A DNA stretch of 64,000 bases from Squalus acanthias (lineage: Eukaryota), in contig JASTWF010000033.1 in assembly GCA_030390025.1 (NCBI GenBank), positions 3,784,001-3,848,000 of the forward strand, given 5' to 3'. Each line of letters begins with the position of its first letter. Position 1 is the first letter of the stretch. Of the stretch, positions 1 through 13,000 are shown in pieces. The notes under the pieces were generated by a model. The model was not told the DNA's origin, made no database searches, and was given only the letters and a program-made list of their open reading frames with translations. The translations under genes were made by a program, and so were the position numbers.

Positions 1-3000
1 TGGGGGGTGTGACCAGTCCCGGGGTTTTGAACTGTCCTGGGGTTTTGACGTGTCCCGGGGCTTTGACCGGTCCCGGGGATTTGACCAGTCCCGGGGGTTT
101 GACCAGTCCAGGGGGTTTGACCGGTCCCGGTGGTTTGACCGGTCCCGGTGGTTTGACCAGTCCCGGGGGTTTGACCAGTCCCGGGGGTGTGACCAGTCCC
201 GGGGGTTTGACCGGTCCCGGTGGTTTGACCAGTCCCGGGGGTTTGACCAGTCCCGGGGGTGTGACCAGTCCCGGGGGTTTGACCGGTCCCGGTGGTTTGA
301 CCAGTCCCGGGGGTTTGACCAGTCCCGGGGGTTTGACCAGTCCCGGGCTTTTTACCAGTGCAGGGGTTTGATCAGTCCCGGGGGTTTGACCGGTCCCGGG
401 GGTTTGACCAGTCCCGGGCTTTTTACCAGTGCAGGGGTTTGATCAGTCCCGGGGGTGTGACCAGTCCCGGGGGTGTGACCAGTCCCGGGGGTTTGACCGG
501 TCCCGGGGGTTTGACCGGTCCCGGGGGTTTGACCGGTCCCGGGCTTTTTACCAGTGCAGGGGTTTGATCAGTCCCGGGGGTGTGACCAGTCCCGGGGCTG
601 TGACCGGTCCCGGGGGTTTGACCAGTCCCGGGGGTTTGACCGGTCCCGGGGGTTTGACCAGTCCCGGGTGTGTGACCAGTCCCGGGGGTTTGACCGGTCC
701 CGGGGGTTTGACCAGTCCCGGGTGTTTGACCAGTCCCGGGGGTTTGACCTGTCCCAGGGGTTTGACCGGTCCCGGGGGTTTGACCGGTCCCGGGGGTTTG
801 ACCAGTCCCGGGTGTTTGACCAGTCCCGGGGGTTTGACCTGTCCCAGGGGTGTGAGCAGTCCTGGGGGGTGACCTGTCCCTCGGGTTTGACCAGTCCTGG
901 GGGTTAGAACAGTCCCGCGGTTTTGACCAGTCCAGGGGTTTGACCGGCCCCGGAAGTTTGACCAGTCCTGGGGGTGTGACCTGTCCCGGGGGTTTGACCG
1001 TTCCAGGGGGTTTGATCAGTCCCTGGGGGTTGTCCGGTTCTTGGGCTTTGACCGGTCCTGGGTTTCGTGGCAGCTCCGGGGGTTTGACCGGTCCCGGGGT
1101 GTTTGAACGGTCCCGGGGGTATAAACGGTCCCAGGGGGTTGACCGGTCCCGGGGATTTGACTGCTCCCAGGGTGTTTGACCAGTCCCGGGGGTTTGACCA
1201 GTCCCAGGGGATTGACCAGTCCCGGGGGTTTGACCGGTCCCGGGGGTGTGACCAGTCCTGGGGGTGTTACCATTCCCGGGTGATTGACCAGTCCTGGAGG
1301 TTTGACGGGTCCTGGGGGGGTTTGACCAGTCCTGGAGGTGTGACCAGTCCCGGGGGTTTGATGGGTCCTGGGAGTTTTGACCAGTCCCGGGTGTTTGACC
1401 GGTCCTGGGGTTTTGACCAGTCCCAGGTGTTTGACCAGTCCCGGGGGTTGACCAGTTCAGGGGTTTGACCGGTCCCGAGGGATGGACCGGTCCCGGGGGT
1501 TTGACCAGTCCTGGGGTTTTGACCAGTCCCGGGGGCTTGACCAGTCCCGGGGGTTTGACCAGTCCGGGGGTTTGACCAGTCCCAGGGGTTTCACCAGTCC
1601 CGGGGGTTTGACCGGTCCCAAGGGATGGACCGGTCCCGTAGTTTTGACAGGTCCCGGGGGTTTGACCAGTCCCGGGCGATTGACCAGTCCGGGGGTTTGA
1701 CCGGTCCCAGGGGTTTGACCGGTCCAGGGGGTTTGACTAGTCCTGGGGGTGTGACCTGTCCCGGGGGTTTGACGGGTCCTGGGGGGGTTTGACCAGTCCC
1801 GGGGGTGTGACCAGTCCCGGGGGTTTGATGGGTCCTGGGGGTTTTGACCAGTCCCGGGTGTTTGACCGGTCCTGGGGTTTTGACCAGTCCCAGGTGTTTG
1901 ACCAGTCCCGGGGGTTTGACCAGTTCAGGGGTTTTTTCCGTTCCCGTGGGATGGACCGGTCACGGGGGTTTGACCAGACCCGGTGGATTGACCAGTCCAG
2001 GGGGTTTGTCCAGTCCCGGGGGTTTGACCAATTCGTGGGTTTGACCAGTCCCGGGGGTTTGACCGGTCCAGGGGGGTTTGAACGGTCCCGGGGTATAACC
2101 GGTCACGGGGGGTTGACCAGTCCCGGGGGTTTGACCAGTCCTGGGGGTGTTACCATTCCCGGGGGATTGACCAGTCCCGGAGTTTTGATGGGTCCTCGGG
2201 GTTTTGACCAGTCCCGGGTGTTTGTCCGGTCCCGGGGTTTTGACCAGTCCCGAGGCTGGACCGGTCCCGGGGGTTTGACCTGTCCCGGGGGATTGACCAG
2301 TCCCGGAGGTTTGACCGGTCCCGGGGGTTTGACCTGTCCCGGGGGATTGACCAGTCCCGGAGGTTTGACGGGTCCTGGGGGGTTTGACCAGTCCCGGGGG
2401 TGTGACCAGTCCCGGGTGTTTGACCTGTCCCGGGGTTTTGACCTGTCCCGGGGGTTTGACCTGTCCCGGGGGTGTGACCTGTCCTGGGGGTTTGACCAGT
2501 CCCGGATGTTTGACCTGTCCTGGGGGTTTGACCTGTCCCGGGGGTTTGACCTGTCCCGGGGGTGTGACCAGTCCCGTGGGTTTGACCTGTCCTGGGGGTT
2601 TGACCAGTCCCGGGTGTTTGGCCTGTCCTGGGGATTTGACCAGTCCCGGGGGTTTGACCTGTCCCGGGGGTTTGACCAGTCCCAGGAGTTTGACTGATCC
2701 CGGGGGTGTGACCGGTCCCGGGTGTTTGACTTGTCCCGGGGGTTTGACCAGTCCCGGGAGTTTGACTGATCCCGGGGGTGTGACCAGTCCAGGGGGTTTG
2801 ACCAGTCCCCGGGGGTTTGTCCGGTCCAGGGGGTTTGACCGGTCCCTGGGGTTTGACCAGTCCCAGGGGATTTACCAGTCCCGGGGCTTTGACCAGTCCC
2901 GGGTGTTTGACCAGTCCCGGGGGTTTGACCAGTCCCGGGGGTTTGACCGGTCCCGGGTGTTTGACCGGTCCCGGGGGTTTGACTGGTCCCGGGTGTTTTA

Positions 3001-6000
3001 CCGGACCCGGGGGTTTGAACGGTCCCGGGGGTTTTGACCGGTCCCAGGTGTTTGACCGGTCCCGAGGGTTTGACTGCTCCCAGGGGATTGAACGGTCCCG
3101 GGGGTTTGACCAGTCCCGGGTATTTGAACAGTGCCGGGGGATTGACCAGTCCCGGGGGTGTGACCATTCCCGGGGGTTTGACCAGTCCCGGGGGTGTGAC
3201 CATTCCCGGGGGTTTGACGGGTCCTGGGGGGTTTTACCAGTCCCGGGTGTTTGACCGGTCCCGGGGGTTTGACCAGTCCCGGGGGTTTGACTGGTCCCGA
3301 GGGATGGACCGGTCCCGGGGGATTGACGTGTCCTGGGGGGTTTGACCAGTCCCGGGGGAGTGACCAGTGCCGGGGGTTTGACCTGTCCCGCTGGTTTGAT
3401 CTGTCCCGGGGGTGTGACCTTTCCCGGGGGTTTGACCAGTCCCGGTGGTTTGACCTGTCCCGGGGGTGTGACCGGTCCCGGGGGTGTGACCTGTCCCGGG
3501 GGTTTGACCAGTCCCGGTGGTTTGACCGGTCCCGGGGGTATGACCATTCCCGGGGGTTTGACCTGTCCCGGGGGTTTGACCAGTCCCGGGGGTTTGACCG
3601 GTCCTGGGGGTGTGACCGGTCCCGGGTGTTTGACCAGTCCCGGGTGTTTGACCAGTCCCGGGGGTGTGACCAGTCCCGGGGGTTTGACCAGTCCCCGGGG
3701 GTTTGACTGGTCCAGGGGGTTTGACCGGTCCCTGGGGTTTGACCAGTCCCAGGGGATTGACAAGTCCCGGGGATTTAACCAGTCCCGGGGGTTTGACCAG
3801 ACCCGGGGGTTTTACCAGTCCCGGGGGTTTGACCGGTCCCGGGTGTTTGACCGGTTCCTTGGATTCGACCGGTCCCGGGGGTTTTGACCGGTCCCATGGG
3901 TTTGACCGGTCCCGGGGGTTTGACCAGTCCCGGGGGTTTGACCTGTCCCGGGGGTGTGACCTGTCCCGGGGGTGTGACCAGTCCCGGGTGGGTGACCAGT
4001 CCCGGGTGTTTGACCTGTCCCGGGGGTTTGACCTGTCCCGGGGTATTGACCTGTCCCGGGGGTGTGACCTGTCCCGGGGGTTTGACCAGTCCCGGGGTTT
4101 TGACCTGTCCCGGGGTTTTGACCTGTCCTGGGGGATTGACCGGTCCCGGGGGTTTGACCAGTCCCGGGGGTTTGACCAGTCCCGTGGGTTTGTCCGGTCC
4201 CCGGGCTTTGACCAGTTCCGGGGGTTAGAACAGTCCCGGGGGTTTGACCAGTCCCGGGTGTTTGACCAGTCCCCGGGGTTTGACCAAACCCGGGGGATTG
4301 ACCAGTCCCGGGGGTTTGACCAGTCCCGGGGGTTTGACCAGTCCCGGGTGTTTGACCAGTCCCCGGGGTTTGACCAAACCCGGGGGATTGACCAGTCCCG
4401 GGGGTTTGACCAGTCCCGGGGGTTTGACCAGTCCCGGGTGTTTGACCAGTCCCAGGGGTTTGACCAGTCCCGGTGGTTTGACCGATCCCGGGCGTTGACC
4501 GGTCCTGGAGGTCTGACTGCTCCCAGTAGTTTTGACCAGTCCCGGGGCTTTGACCAGTCCCAGTGATTGAACAGTCCCGGGGGTTTGACCGGTCCCGGGG
4601 GTGTGACCAGTCCTGGGGGTTTGACCAGTCCCGGGGATTTGACCAGTCCCGGGTGTTTGACCAGTGCCGGGGGTTTGACCAGTCCCGGGGGTTTGACCAG
4701 TCCCGGGAGTGTCACCATTCCCGGGGGTTTGACGGGTCCTGGGGGGTTTGACCAGTCCCGGGGGTTTGACCGGTCCCGGGGGTTTGACCGGTGCCGGGTG
4801 TCTGAAAGTTCCCGCGAGTTTGACCAGTACCGGGGCTTTGATCAGTCCCGGGGGTTTGACCAGTCCCGGGTGTTTGACCGGTCCCGGCGGTTTGACCAGT
4901 CCCGGGGGTTTGACCAGTCCGGGAGTTTGAACAGTCCCAGGGGTTCAACCGGTCCCGAGGGATGGACCGGTCCCGGGGGAATGACCGGTCCCGGGGGTTT
5001 GACCGATCCCGGGGGATTGATCAGTCCCGGAGGTTTGACGTGTTCTGGGGGGGGTGACCAGTCCCGGGGGTGTGACCAGTCCCGGGGGTTTGATCTGTCC
5101 CGGGGATGTGACCAGTCCCGGGGTTTTGACCAGTCCCGGAGGGGTGACCAGTCCCGAGGGTTTGACCAGTCCCCGGGGATTTGACCGGTCCAGGGGGTTT
5201 GACCGGTCCCGGGGGTTTGACCAGTCCCAGGGGATTGACCAGTCCCGGGGGTTTGACCAGTCCCGGGGGTTTGACCAGTCCCGGGGGTTTGACCGGTCCC
5301 GGGGGTTTGAACGGTCCCCGGTGCGTGACCAGTTCCGGGGGTGTGACCAGTCCTGGGTGTGTGACCAGTCCCGGGAGTTTGACCAGTCCTTGGGGTTAGA
5401 CCAGTCCCGGGGTTTTGACCAGTCCAGGGGTTTGACCAGCCCCGGAAGATTGACCAGTCCTGGGGGAGTGACCTGTCCCGGGGGTTTGACCGGTCCAGGG
5501 GGTTTGACCGGTCCCCGGTGGTTGTCCGGTTCCAGGGCTTTGACATGTCCTGGGGTGTGTGGCCGCACCCGGGGGTTTGACTGGTCCTGGGGGTTTGACC
5601 GGACACTGGGGATTGATCAGTCCCGGAGGTTTGACGTGTCCTGGGGGGTGTGACCTGTCCCGGGGGTTTGACCTGTCCTGGGGATTTGATCTGTCCCGGG
5701 GGTGCGACCTGTCCCGGGGGATTGACCAGTCCCGGGGTTTTGACCAGTCCCGGGGGTGTGACCAGTCCCGGTGATTTGACCAGTCCCCGGGGGTTTGACC
5801 GGTCCAGGGGGTTTGACCGGTCCCGGGGGTCTGACCAGTCCCGGGGGTTTGCCCTGTCCCGGGGGATTGACCAGTCCCGGGGGTTTGACCGGTCCCGGGG
5901 GATAGAACGGTCCCGGGGGGTTTGACCGGTCCCAGGGGTTTTGACCGGTCCCAGGGGTTTGACCGGTCCCGGGGATTTGACCAGTCCCGGGGGTTTGACC

Positions 6001-6800
6001 AGTCCCGGGGGTTTGACCTGTCCCGGGGGTGTGACCTGTCCCGGGGGTGTGAACAGTCCCGGGGGGTGACCAGTCCCGGGGGTTTGACCTGTCCCGGGGA
6101 TTTGACAAAGTCCCAGGAGTTTGACCAGTCCCAGGGGTTCGACCAGTCCCGAGGGATGGACCGGTCCCGGGGGATTTACCGGTCCCGGGGGTTTGAACGA
6201 TCCCGGGGGATTGATCCGTCCCGGAGGTGTGACGTGTCCTGGGGTGTCTGACCAGTCCCGGGGGTGAGACCAGTCCCGGGGGTTTGACCTGTCCCGGGGG
6301 TTTGACCTGTCCTGGGGGTTTGACCAGTCCCGGGGGTTTGACCAGTCCCAGGGGATTTGACCAGTCCCGGGGGTTTGACCGGTCCCGGGTGTGTGACCTG
6401 TCCCGGGGGTGTGACCAGTCCCGGGGGGGGGGGGGTGACCAGTCCCGGGGGTTTGACCAGTCCTTGGGGTTAGACCAGTCCCGGGGTTTTGACCAGTCCA
6501 GGGGTTTGACCAGCCCCGGAAGTTTGACCAGTCCTGGGGGAGTGACCTGTCCCGGGGGGTTGACCGGACCAGGGGGTTTGACCGGTCCCTGGGGGTTGTC
6601 CGGTTCCAGGCCTTTACCGGTCCTGGGGTGTGTGGCCGCACCCGGGGCTTTGACCAGTCCCGGAGGGTTTGACCGGTCCCGGGGGTTTGACCGGTCCCGG
6701 GGGGTGACCGGTCCCGGGGGTTTGACTGCTCCCAGGGGGTTTGACCAGTCCCGGGGGTTTGACCGGTCCCGGGGTTTTGACCGGTCTCGGGGGCGTGACC
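1..6800. repeat. Tandem satellite, 18-bp unit (consensus TTTGACCAGTCCCGGGGG), runs off the 5' end of the window
   Basis: Continuous array of TTTGACC(A/G/T)GTCCCGGGGG variants. The unit is a multiple of 3, which yields spurious LTSPGG/FDQSRG ORFs. Confidence 0.97.
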
Positions 6801-6833
6801 AATCCCCAGTCTTTGAGATGTCAGATCCGGACA

Positions 6834-8046
6834 CAGAAACATAGAAACATAGAAGATAGGAGCAGGAGTAGGCCATTCGGCCCCTCGAGCCTGCTCTGCC
6901 ATTCGATGAGATCATGGCTGATCATCCAAACTCAGTACCCTGTACCTGCCTTCTCCCCATATCCCTTGATACCTTTAGCTTTATGAAATATATCTATCTC
7001 CTTCTTGAATATATTTAATGACTTGGCCTCAACTACCTTCTGCGGTAAAGAATTCCACAGGTTCACCCCTCTCTGGGAAAATAAATTCTCCCTCATTTCT
7101 GTCCTAAATGGCTTACCCCTTATCCTTAGATTATGACCCCTGGTTCTGGACTCTCCGACCATCGGGAACATTCTTCCTGCATCTAGTTTGACCAGACCTG
7201 TCAGAATGTTATATGTTTCGATGAGATCCCCTCTCATTCTTCTATACTTCAGCGAGTATAAGCCCAATCGACCCAATCTCTCCTCATATGTCATTCCTGC
7301 CATCCCAGGTATCAGCCTTGTGAATCTTCGCTGAACTCCTTCCATGGCAAGAACATCCTTCCTCAGATAAGGCGACCAAACGGCACACAGTACTCAAGGT
7401 GTTGTCTCACCAAGGCCCTGTACAACTGCAGCAGGACATCCCTGTGCCTATACTCAAACCCTTTCGCTATGAAGGCCAACATACCAACTGCCTTCTTCAC
7501 CGCCTGCTGCACCTGCATGTTTACTTTCAGCGACTGGTGCACAAGGACACCCAGTCCTCGTTGCACTTTCGCTTCTCCCAATCTTTTGCCATTCAGATAA
7601 TATTCTGCCTTTCTGTTTTTGACAACAAAGTGGATAACCTCGCTTTTATCCATGTTATATTGCATCTGCCACGCTTCTGCCCACTCACCCAACCTGTCCA
7701 AATCATCCTGGAGTTTCTCAGTATCCTCCTCGGAGCACACACGCCCATCCAGCTTTGGTCATCTGCAAACTTGGAGACATTACATTTAGTTCTCTTTTCC
7801 AGATCAATAATGTACATTGTGACTAGCTGGGGTCCAAGGACCGATCCCTGCGGCACCCCACTAGTCACTGCCTGCCACTCGGAAAAAGACCCATTAATTC
7901 CTACTCTCTGCTTTCTGTCCCCCAACCAGTTCTCTATCCAAGTCAATACCTTGCCCCCAATCCCATGTGCCTTAACTGTACACGCTAATCTCTTATGTGG
8001 GACCTTATCGAAAGCCTTTTGAAATTTTAAATACACCACATTCACT
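6834..8046 (-). mobile_element. 5'-truncated CR1 LINE (RT C-terminus plus 3' tail), degraded
   Basis: Minus-strand ORF pieces with DFQKAFDKVPH-like, GVPQGSVLGP and FADD motifs ending GEKAGTGY; (CATAGAAA)n tail at ~6834-6850; near-identical to the 3' part of the CR1 at 8345-12904. Confidence 0.95.
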
Positions 8047-8345
8047 TGACCCCAGGTTTCTATCCATGGGGGGTTTCGGTCGAAGGGTAGAGCTTGGGGG
8101 TGGGGGTCGAAATCATTCCCGAGGCACAGGAAGCCCGGCCAGCCGTAGTTAAACCTGTAAAACAGAGTAAATCAGAGCCTGCCCGCCTCATTAAAATATT
8201 TAACTTGCCAACCCGCCTCCTGGGAGCGGTTCGCTGCCCGGCCCCTGTCCCGTCTCCGTTAAACTCGGAAGCGGGCGGGTTGGAGGCGGGTTGGGGTCGG
8301 GAGGATATTGTTCAATTTTCACCTCTGACCCGACCCCAACCCGCC
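8047..8345. mobile_element. Probable MITE body (PIF/Harbinger-like), interrupted by the CR1; candidate right end at 12908-12927
   Basis: GC-rich segment with a perfect 17-bp inverted repeat (8285-8301 / 8329-8345). After the CR1 tail the sequence resumes GGGGTGTTAAAATCCAGCCC followed by TTA (Harbinger-type TWA target). The left end is not seen. Confidence 0.4.
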
Positions 8346-8620
8346 TAGATCGGCGAGGCGGCAGAGGCGGCGGACCTGCGAGGGAGCAGAGGCGGCCAGT
8401 GGTGGTACTTAAGGTGAGCCCCGAGGCGGCAGCGAGGCCTAGAGCGGCGAGGCGGCAGAGGAGGCGGACCTGCGAGGGAGCAGAGGCGGCGAGCGGCGGT
8501 ACTTAAGGTGAGCCCCGAGGCGGCAGCGAGGCCTAGAGCGGCGAGGCGGCAGAGGCGGCGGACCTGCAATTTAGCAGAGGCGGCGAGCGGCGGTACTTAA
8601 GGTGAGCCCCGAGGCGGCTT
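8345..8620 (+). repeat. ~3 tandem 94-bp GC-rich monomers in the CR1 5' UTR
   Basis: GTACTTAAGGTGAGCCCCGAGGCGG recurs at 8405, 8499 and 8593 (period 94). Confidence 0.9.
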
Positions 8621-8666
8621 ACAAATCCAGGTTCTGGGAGAGGGAAGGAAAAAAAATATTCGTAGT

Positions 8667-8708
8667 GTGACGTCACCAAAAAAGCAGGTAAGTGATTGGT
8701 TGGTGAGT
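8667..8708 (+). promoter_or_regulatory. CRE palindrome (TGACGTCA, 8668-8675), consensus splice donor CAG|GTAAGT and inverted CCAAT in the CR1 5' UTR
   Basis: Motif GTGACGTCACC-N-AAAGCAGGTAAGTGATTGGTTGGTGAGT; the same block occurs in the other full-length CR1 at 60259-60299 (minus). Confidence 0.65.
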
Positions 8709-8873
8709 GTTTTCTTTCTCAATTTTTCTAAACTTAAATTTTGTGGCTTCTCCGTTCTCTTTCTGTAGCGGGGACTCCTGTTAAGCAAGGGCCCTTAAGT
8801 ATATCATTTAATTGAAGTGAAATTGGTGGGATTGAATTAGTTTAATTTTAATTCATTAATTAAAGGGTAAGTC

Positions 8874-9820
8874 ATGGCAGCAGAGCTCGGCGCCGTGATA
8901 TGCTCCTCCTGCACTATGTGGGAAATCAGGGACACTTCCTGTGTCCCTGACGACCATGTGTTTGGGAAATGTATCCAGCTGCAGCTACTGACGGACCACA
9001 TTGCGGCGCTGGAGCTGCGGATGGATGCATATTGGAGATTTCGCGACACTGAGAACGTCGTGAATAACACGTTTAGCGAGTTGGTCACACCGCAGGTAAA
9101 GGGTGTACAGGCAGGAAGTGAATGGGTGACCACCAGACAGCGTAAGAGGTGCAGGCAGGTAGTGCAGGTGTCCCCTGTGGCCATCCCTCTCTCAAACAGA
9201 TATACCACTTTGGATGCTGTTAGGGGGGATGACTTATCAGGGGAAGGCGGCAGCAGCCAACTTCCTGGCACCACGGGTGGCTCTGCTGCACAGGCTGGGA
9301 GGAAATAGTGTGGAAGAGCTATAGTGATAGGGGATTCAATTGTAAGGGGAATAGATAGGCGTTTCTGCGGCCGCAATCGAGACTCCAGGATGGTGTGTTG
9401 CCTCCCTGGTGCAAGGGTCAAGGATGTCTCGGAGCGGCTACAGAACACTTTGGAGAGGGAGGGCGAACAGCCAGTTGTCGTGGTGCACATAGGCATCAAC
9501 GATAGGTAAAAAACGGGATGAGGTCCTAAAAGCAGAATATAGGGAGTTAGGAGGTAAATTAAAAAAGAGGACCTCAAAGGTAGTAATCTCAGGATTGCTA
9601 CCAGTGCCACGTGCTAGTCAGAGTAGAAATAGGAGGATATTTCAAATGAATACGTGGCTAGAGGAATGGTGCAAGGGGGAGGGATTCAAATTCCTTGGAC
9701 ATTGGAACCGGTTCTGTGGGAGGTGGGACCAGTACAAACGGGACGGTCTGCACCTGGGCAGGGCCGGGTCGATGTCCTAGGGGGAGTGTTTGCTAGTGCT
9801 GTTGGGGAGGGTTTAAACTA
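8874..9820 (+). pseudogene. CR1 ORF1 (Cys motif, leucine zipper, SGNH/GDSL-like esterase) with premature stops
   Basis: CSSCTMW...HV.GKCIQL, VIGDSIVRG, CCLPGA, VVVHIGIND and DGLHL motifs; split into 8874-9308, 9324-9509 and 9595-9780. Confidence 0.9.
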
Positions 9821-9943
9821 AAGTGGCAGGGGTTTGGGAAACTGAGCAGGGAGACAGAGGAAAGGGAAATAAGGATAAAAGCTAAAGACAGGAAGGATTA
9901 AAACAAAAGTAGAAGGCAAAGAACTCAACGGTTTAAATCAAAC

Positions 9944-12805
9944 ATGGTCACAGTAAATAATAATTCATATAGGTTTGAGAGCGTTAAAAAAACAAGCCTG
10001 AAGGCTTTGTGTCTTAATGCAAGGAGCATTCGGAACAAGGGAGATGAATTAGCTGCGCAAATACAGGTAAATGAATACGATTTGATTGGGATTACAGAAA
10101 CATGGCTCCAGGGTGGCCAAGGCTGGGAACTCAACATCCAGGGTTATTCAATATTTAGGAAAGATAGGCAACAAAGAAAGGGAGGTGGGGTAGCATTGCT
10201 GGTTAAAGAGGGGATTAACACAATTCAAAGGAAGGATATTAGCTCTGATGATGCGGAATCTGTATGGGTAGAACTGAGAAATAACAAGGGGCAGAAAACT
10301 TTAGTGGGAGTGGTATATAGACCTCCAAAATGTAATACGGAGGTTGGGGACGGCATTAAAAGGGAAATTAGAGAAGCATGCAGTAAGGGCACAGCAGTCA
10401 TCATGGGTGACTTTAATTTACATATAGATTGGGCTAACCAAATTAGTAAAAATACTGTGGAGGAGGAATTCCTAGAATGTTTACGAGATGGTTTTCTGGA
10501 ACAAAATGTCGAGGAACCAACCAGAGATCAGGCCATCTTAGACTGGGTATTATGCAACAATAAAGGATTAATTAGCAATCTTGTTGTACGAGGCCCCTTG
10601 GGTCAGAGTGATCATAATATGATAGAATTCTTCATTAGGATGGAGAGTGAAGTAGTTGAATCAGAGACTAGGGTCCTGAATTTAAATAAAGGAAACTACA
10701 TTGGTATGAGGCGCGAATTGGGTAGGATTGATTGGGGAATGTCACTCAAGGGGTTGACGGTGGATAGGCAATGGCAAACATTCAAAGACTGCATGGAGGA
10801 ACTACAGAATTTGTACATCCCAGTGTGGCATAAGAATAAAACAAAAAGGGTGACTCAACCGTGGCTAACAAGGGAAATTAGGGATAGCATAAGATCCAAG
10901 GAGAGGGCATATAAATTGGCCAGAAAAAGTGGTAGCCCTGAGGATTGGGAGCAGTTTAGGATTCAACAAAGGAGGACAAAGGGATTAATTAAGAAGGGGA
11001 AAATAGAATACGAAAGTAAGCTTGCTGGGAACATAAAAACTGACTGTAAGAGCATTTATAGATATGTGAAGAGAAAAAGATTCGTGAAATCAAGTGTAGG
11101 TCCCTTGCAGTCAGAAGCGGGGGAAGTTATATTGGGGAACAAAGAAATGGCAGCCCAATTAAATGCATATTTTGGTTCTGTCTTCACAAAGGAGGACACA
11201 AATAACCTCCCAGAGATGTTGGAGAACATACGGTCTGATGAAAGGGAGGAACTGAAAGAAATCAGTATTTGCAGGGAAATGGTGTTGGGGAAATTGATGG
11301 TATAGAAGGCCGATAAATCCCCAGGGCCTGATAATCTACATCCTTGGGTACTTAAAGAAGTGGCCCTAGAAATAGTAGATGCATTGCTGATCATCTTCCA
11401 ACATTCGATGGAATCTGGAACTGTACCCATGGATTGGAGGGTAGCTAATGTTACCCCACTATTCAAAAAGGGTGGTAGAGAGAAAGCGTGGAATTACAGA
11501 CCGGTAAGCCTGACATCGGTAGTGGGGAAAATGCTAGAGTCCATTATAAAGAATGTAAAAGCTGAGCATTTGAAAAACAGTGACAGGATCGGACAAAGTC
11601 AACATGGATTTACAAAAGGTAAATCGTGCTTGACTAATCCACTGGAATTTTTAGAGGATGTAACTGGGAAAATAGATAAGGGAGAACCAGTAGATGTGGT
11701 GTATTTGGACTTTCAAAAGGCTTTCGATAAGGTCCCGCATAAGAGATTAGCGGGTAAAGTTAAGGCACATGAGATTGGGGGCAAGGTATTGACTTGGATA
11801 GAGAACTGGTTGGCGGACAGAAAGCAGAGAGTAGGAATTAATGGGTCTTTTTCCGAGTGGCAAGCAGTGACTAGTGGGGTACCGCAGGGATCGGTCCTTG
11901 GACCCCAGCTATTCACAATATACATTAATGATCTAGATAAGGGAATTAAATGTAATATCTCCAAGTTTGCAGATGACACAAAGCTGGGTGGGAGTGTGTG
12001 CAGCGAGGAGGATAGCGAGAAACTCCAGGATGATCTGGACAGGTTGGGTGAGTGGGCAGAAGCGTGGCAGATGCAATATAACGTGGATAAGTGCGACGTT
12101 ATCCGCTTTGGTGTCAAAAACAGAAAGGCAGACTATTATCTGAATGGCAATAGATTGGGAGAAGGGGAAGTGCAACGAGACCTGGGTGTCCTTGTGCACC
12201 AGTCGCTGAAAGTAAGCATGCAGGTGCAGCAGGCGGTGAAGAAGGCAAATGGTATGTTGGCCTTCATAGCGAAAGGGTTTGAGTATAGGAACAGGGATGT
12301 CCTGCTGCAGTTGTACAGGGCCTTGGTGAGACCACACCTTGAGTACTGTGTGCAGTTTTGGTCGCCTTATCTGAGGAAGGATGTTCTTGCCATGGAAGGA
12401 GTTCAGCGAAGATTCACAAGGCTGATACCTGGGATGGCAGGAATGACATATGAGGAGAGATTGCGTCGATTGGGCTTATACTCACTGGAGTATAGAAGAT
12501 TGAGAGGGGATCTCATCGAAACATATAACATTCTGACAGGTCTGGACAAAGTAGATGCAGGAAGAATGTTCCCGATGGTCGGAGAGTCCAGAACCAGGGG
12601 TCATAATCTACGGATAATGGGTAAACCATTTAGGACAGAAATGAGGAAGAATTTCTTCACCCAGAGAGTGGTGAAGCTGTGGAATTCTCTACCACAGAAG
12701 GTAGTTGAGGCGAGGTCATTAAATATAGTCAAGGATGAGTTAGATATATTTCTTAAAGCTAAAGGTATTAAGGGATATGGGGAGAAGGCAGGTACAGGGT
12801 ACTGA
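9944..12805 (+). pseudogene. CR1 ORF2 (APE endonuclease + reverse transcriptase) with one in-frame TAG at 11303-11305
   Basis: LNARSIRNK, ITETWL, MGDFN and SDHN (endonuclease); YRPVSLTS, QHGF, DFQKAFD, GVPQGSVLGP and FADD (RT). The two ORF pieces are in the same frame. Confidence 0.95.
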
Positions 12806-13000
12806 GTTTAGATGATCAGCCATGATCTCATCGAATGGCGGAGCAGGCTCGAGGGGCCGAATGGCCTACTCCTGATCCTATCTTCCATGCTATGTTTCTA
12901 TGTTTTTGGGGTGTTAAAATCCAGCCCTTACTGTCTGGGCTCAGACACGGAGAATGTGTGATAGTAATTTACAGTCTCTTTTCACTTCTGTGTTTTACAG

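Larger units (their letters stand above)
8345..12904 (+). mobile_element. Full-length CR1 LINE (family A), inactivated
   Basis: 5' monomer array, ORF1 remnant, ORF2 with APE endonuclease and RT, 3' end GGAGCAGGCTCGAGGGGCCGAATGGCCTACTCC and (TTTCTATG)-type tail. Confidence 0.96.

Noticed and set aside
9..6915. Many long ORFs (up to 686 aa) of LTSPGG / FDQSRG / PGTGQT / RDWSNP repeats
   Set aside because: Artefact of an 18-bp unit lacking stops in most frames; frames switch at random indels and there is no exon structure.
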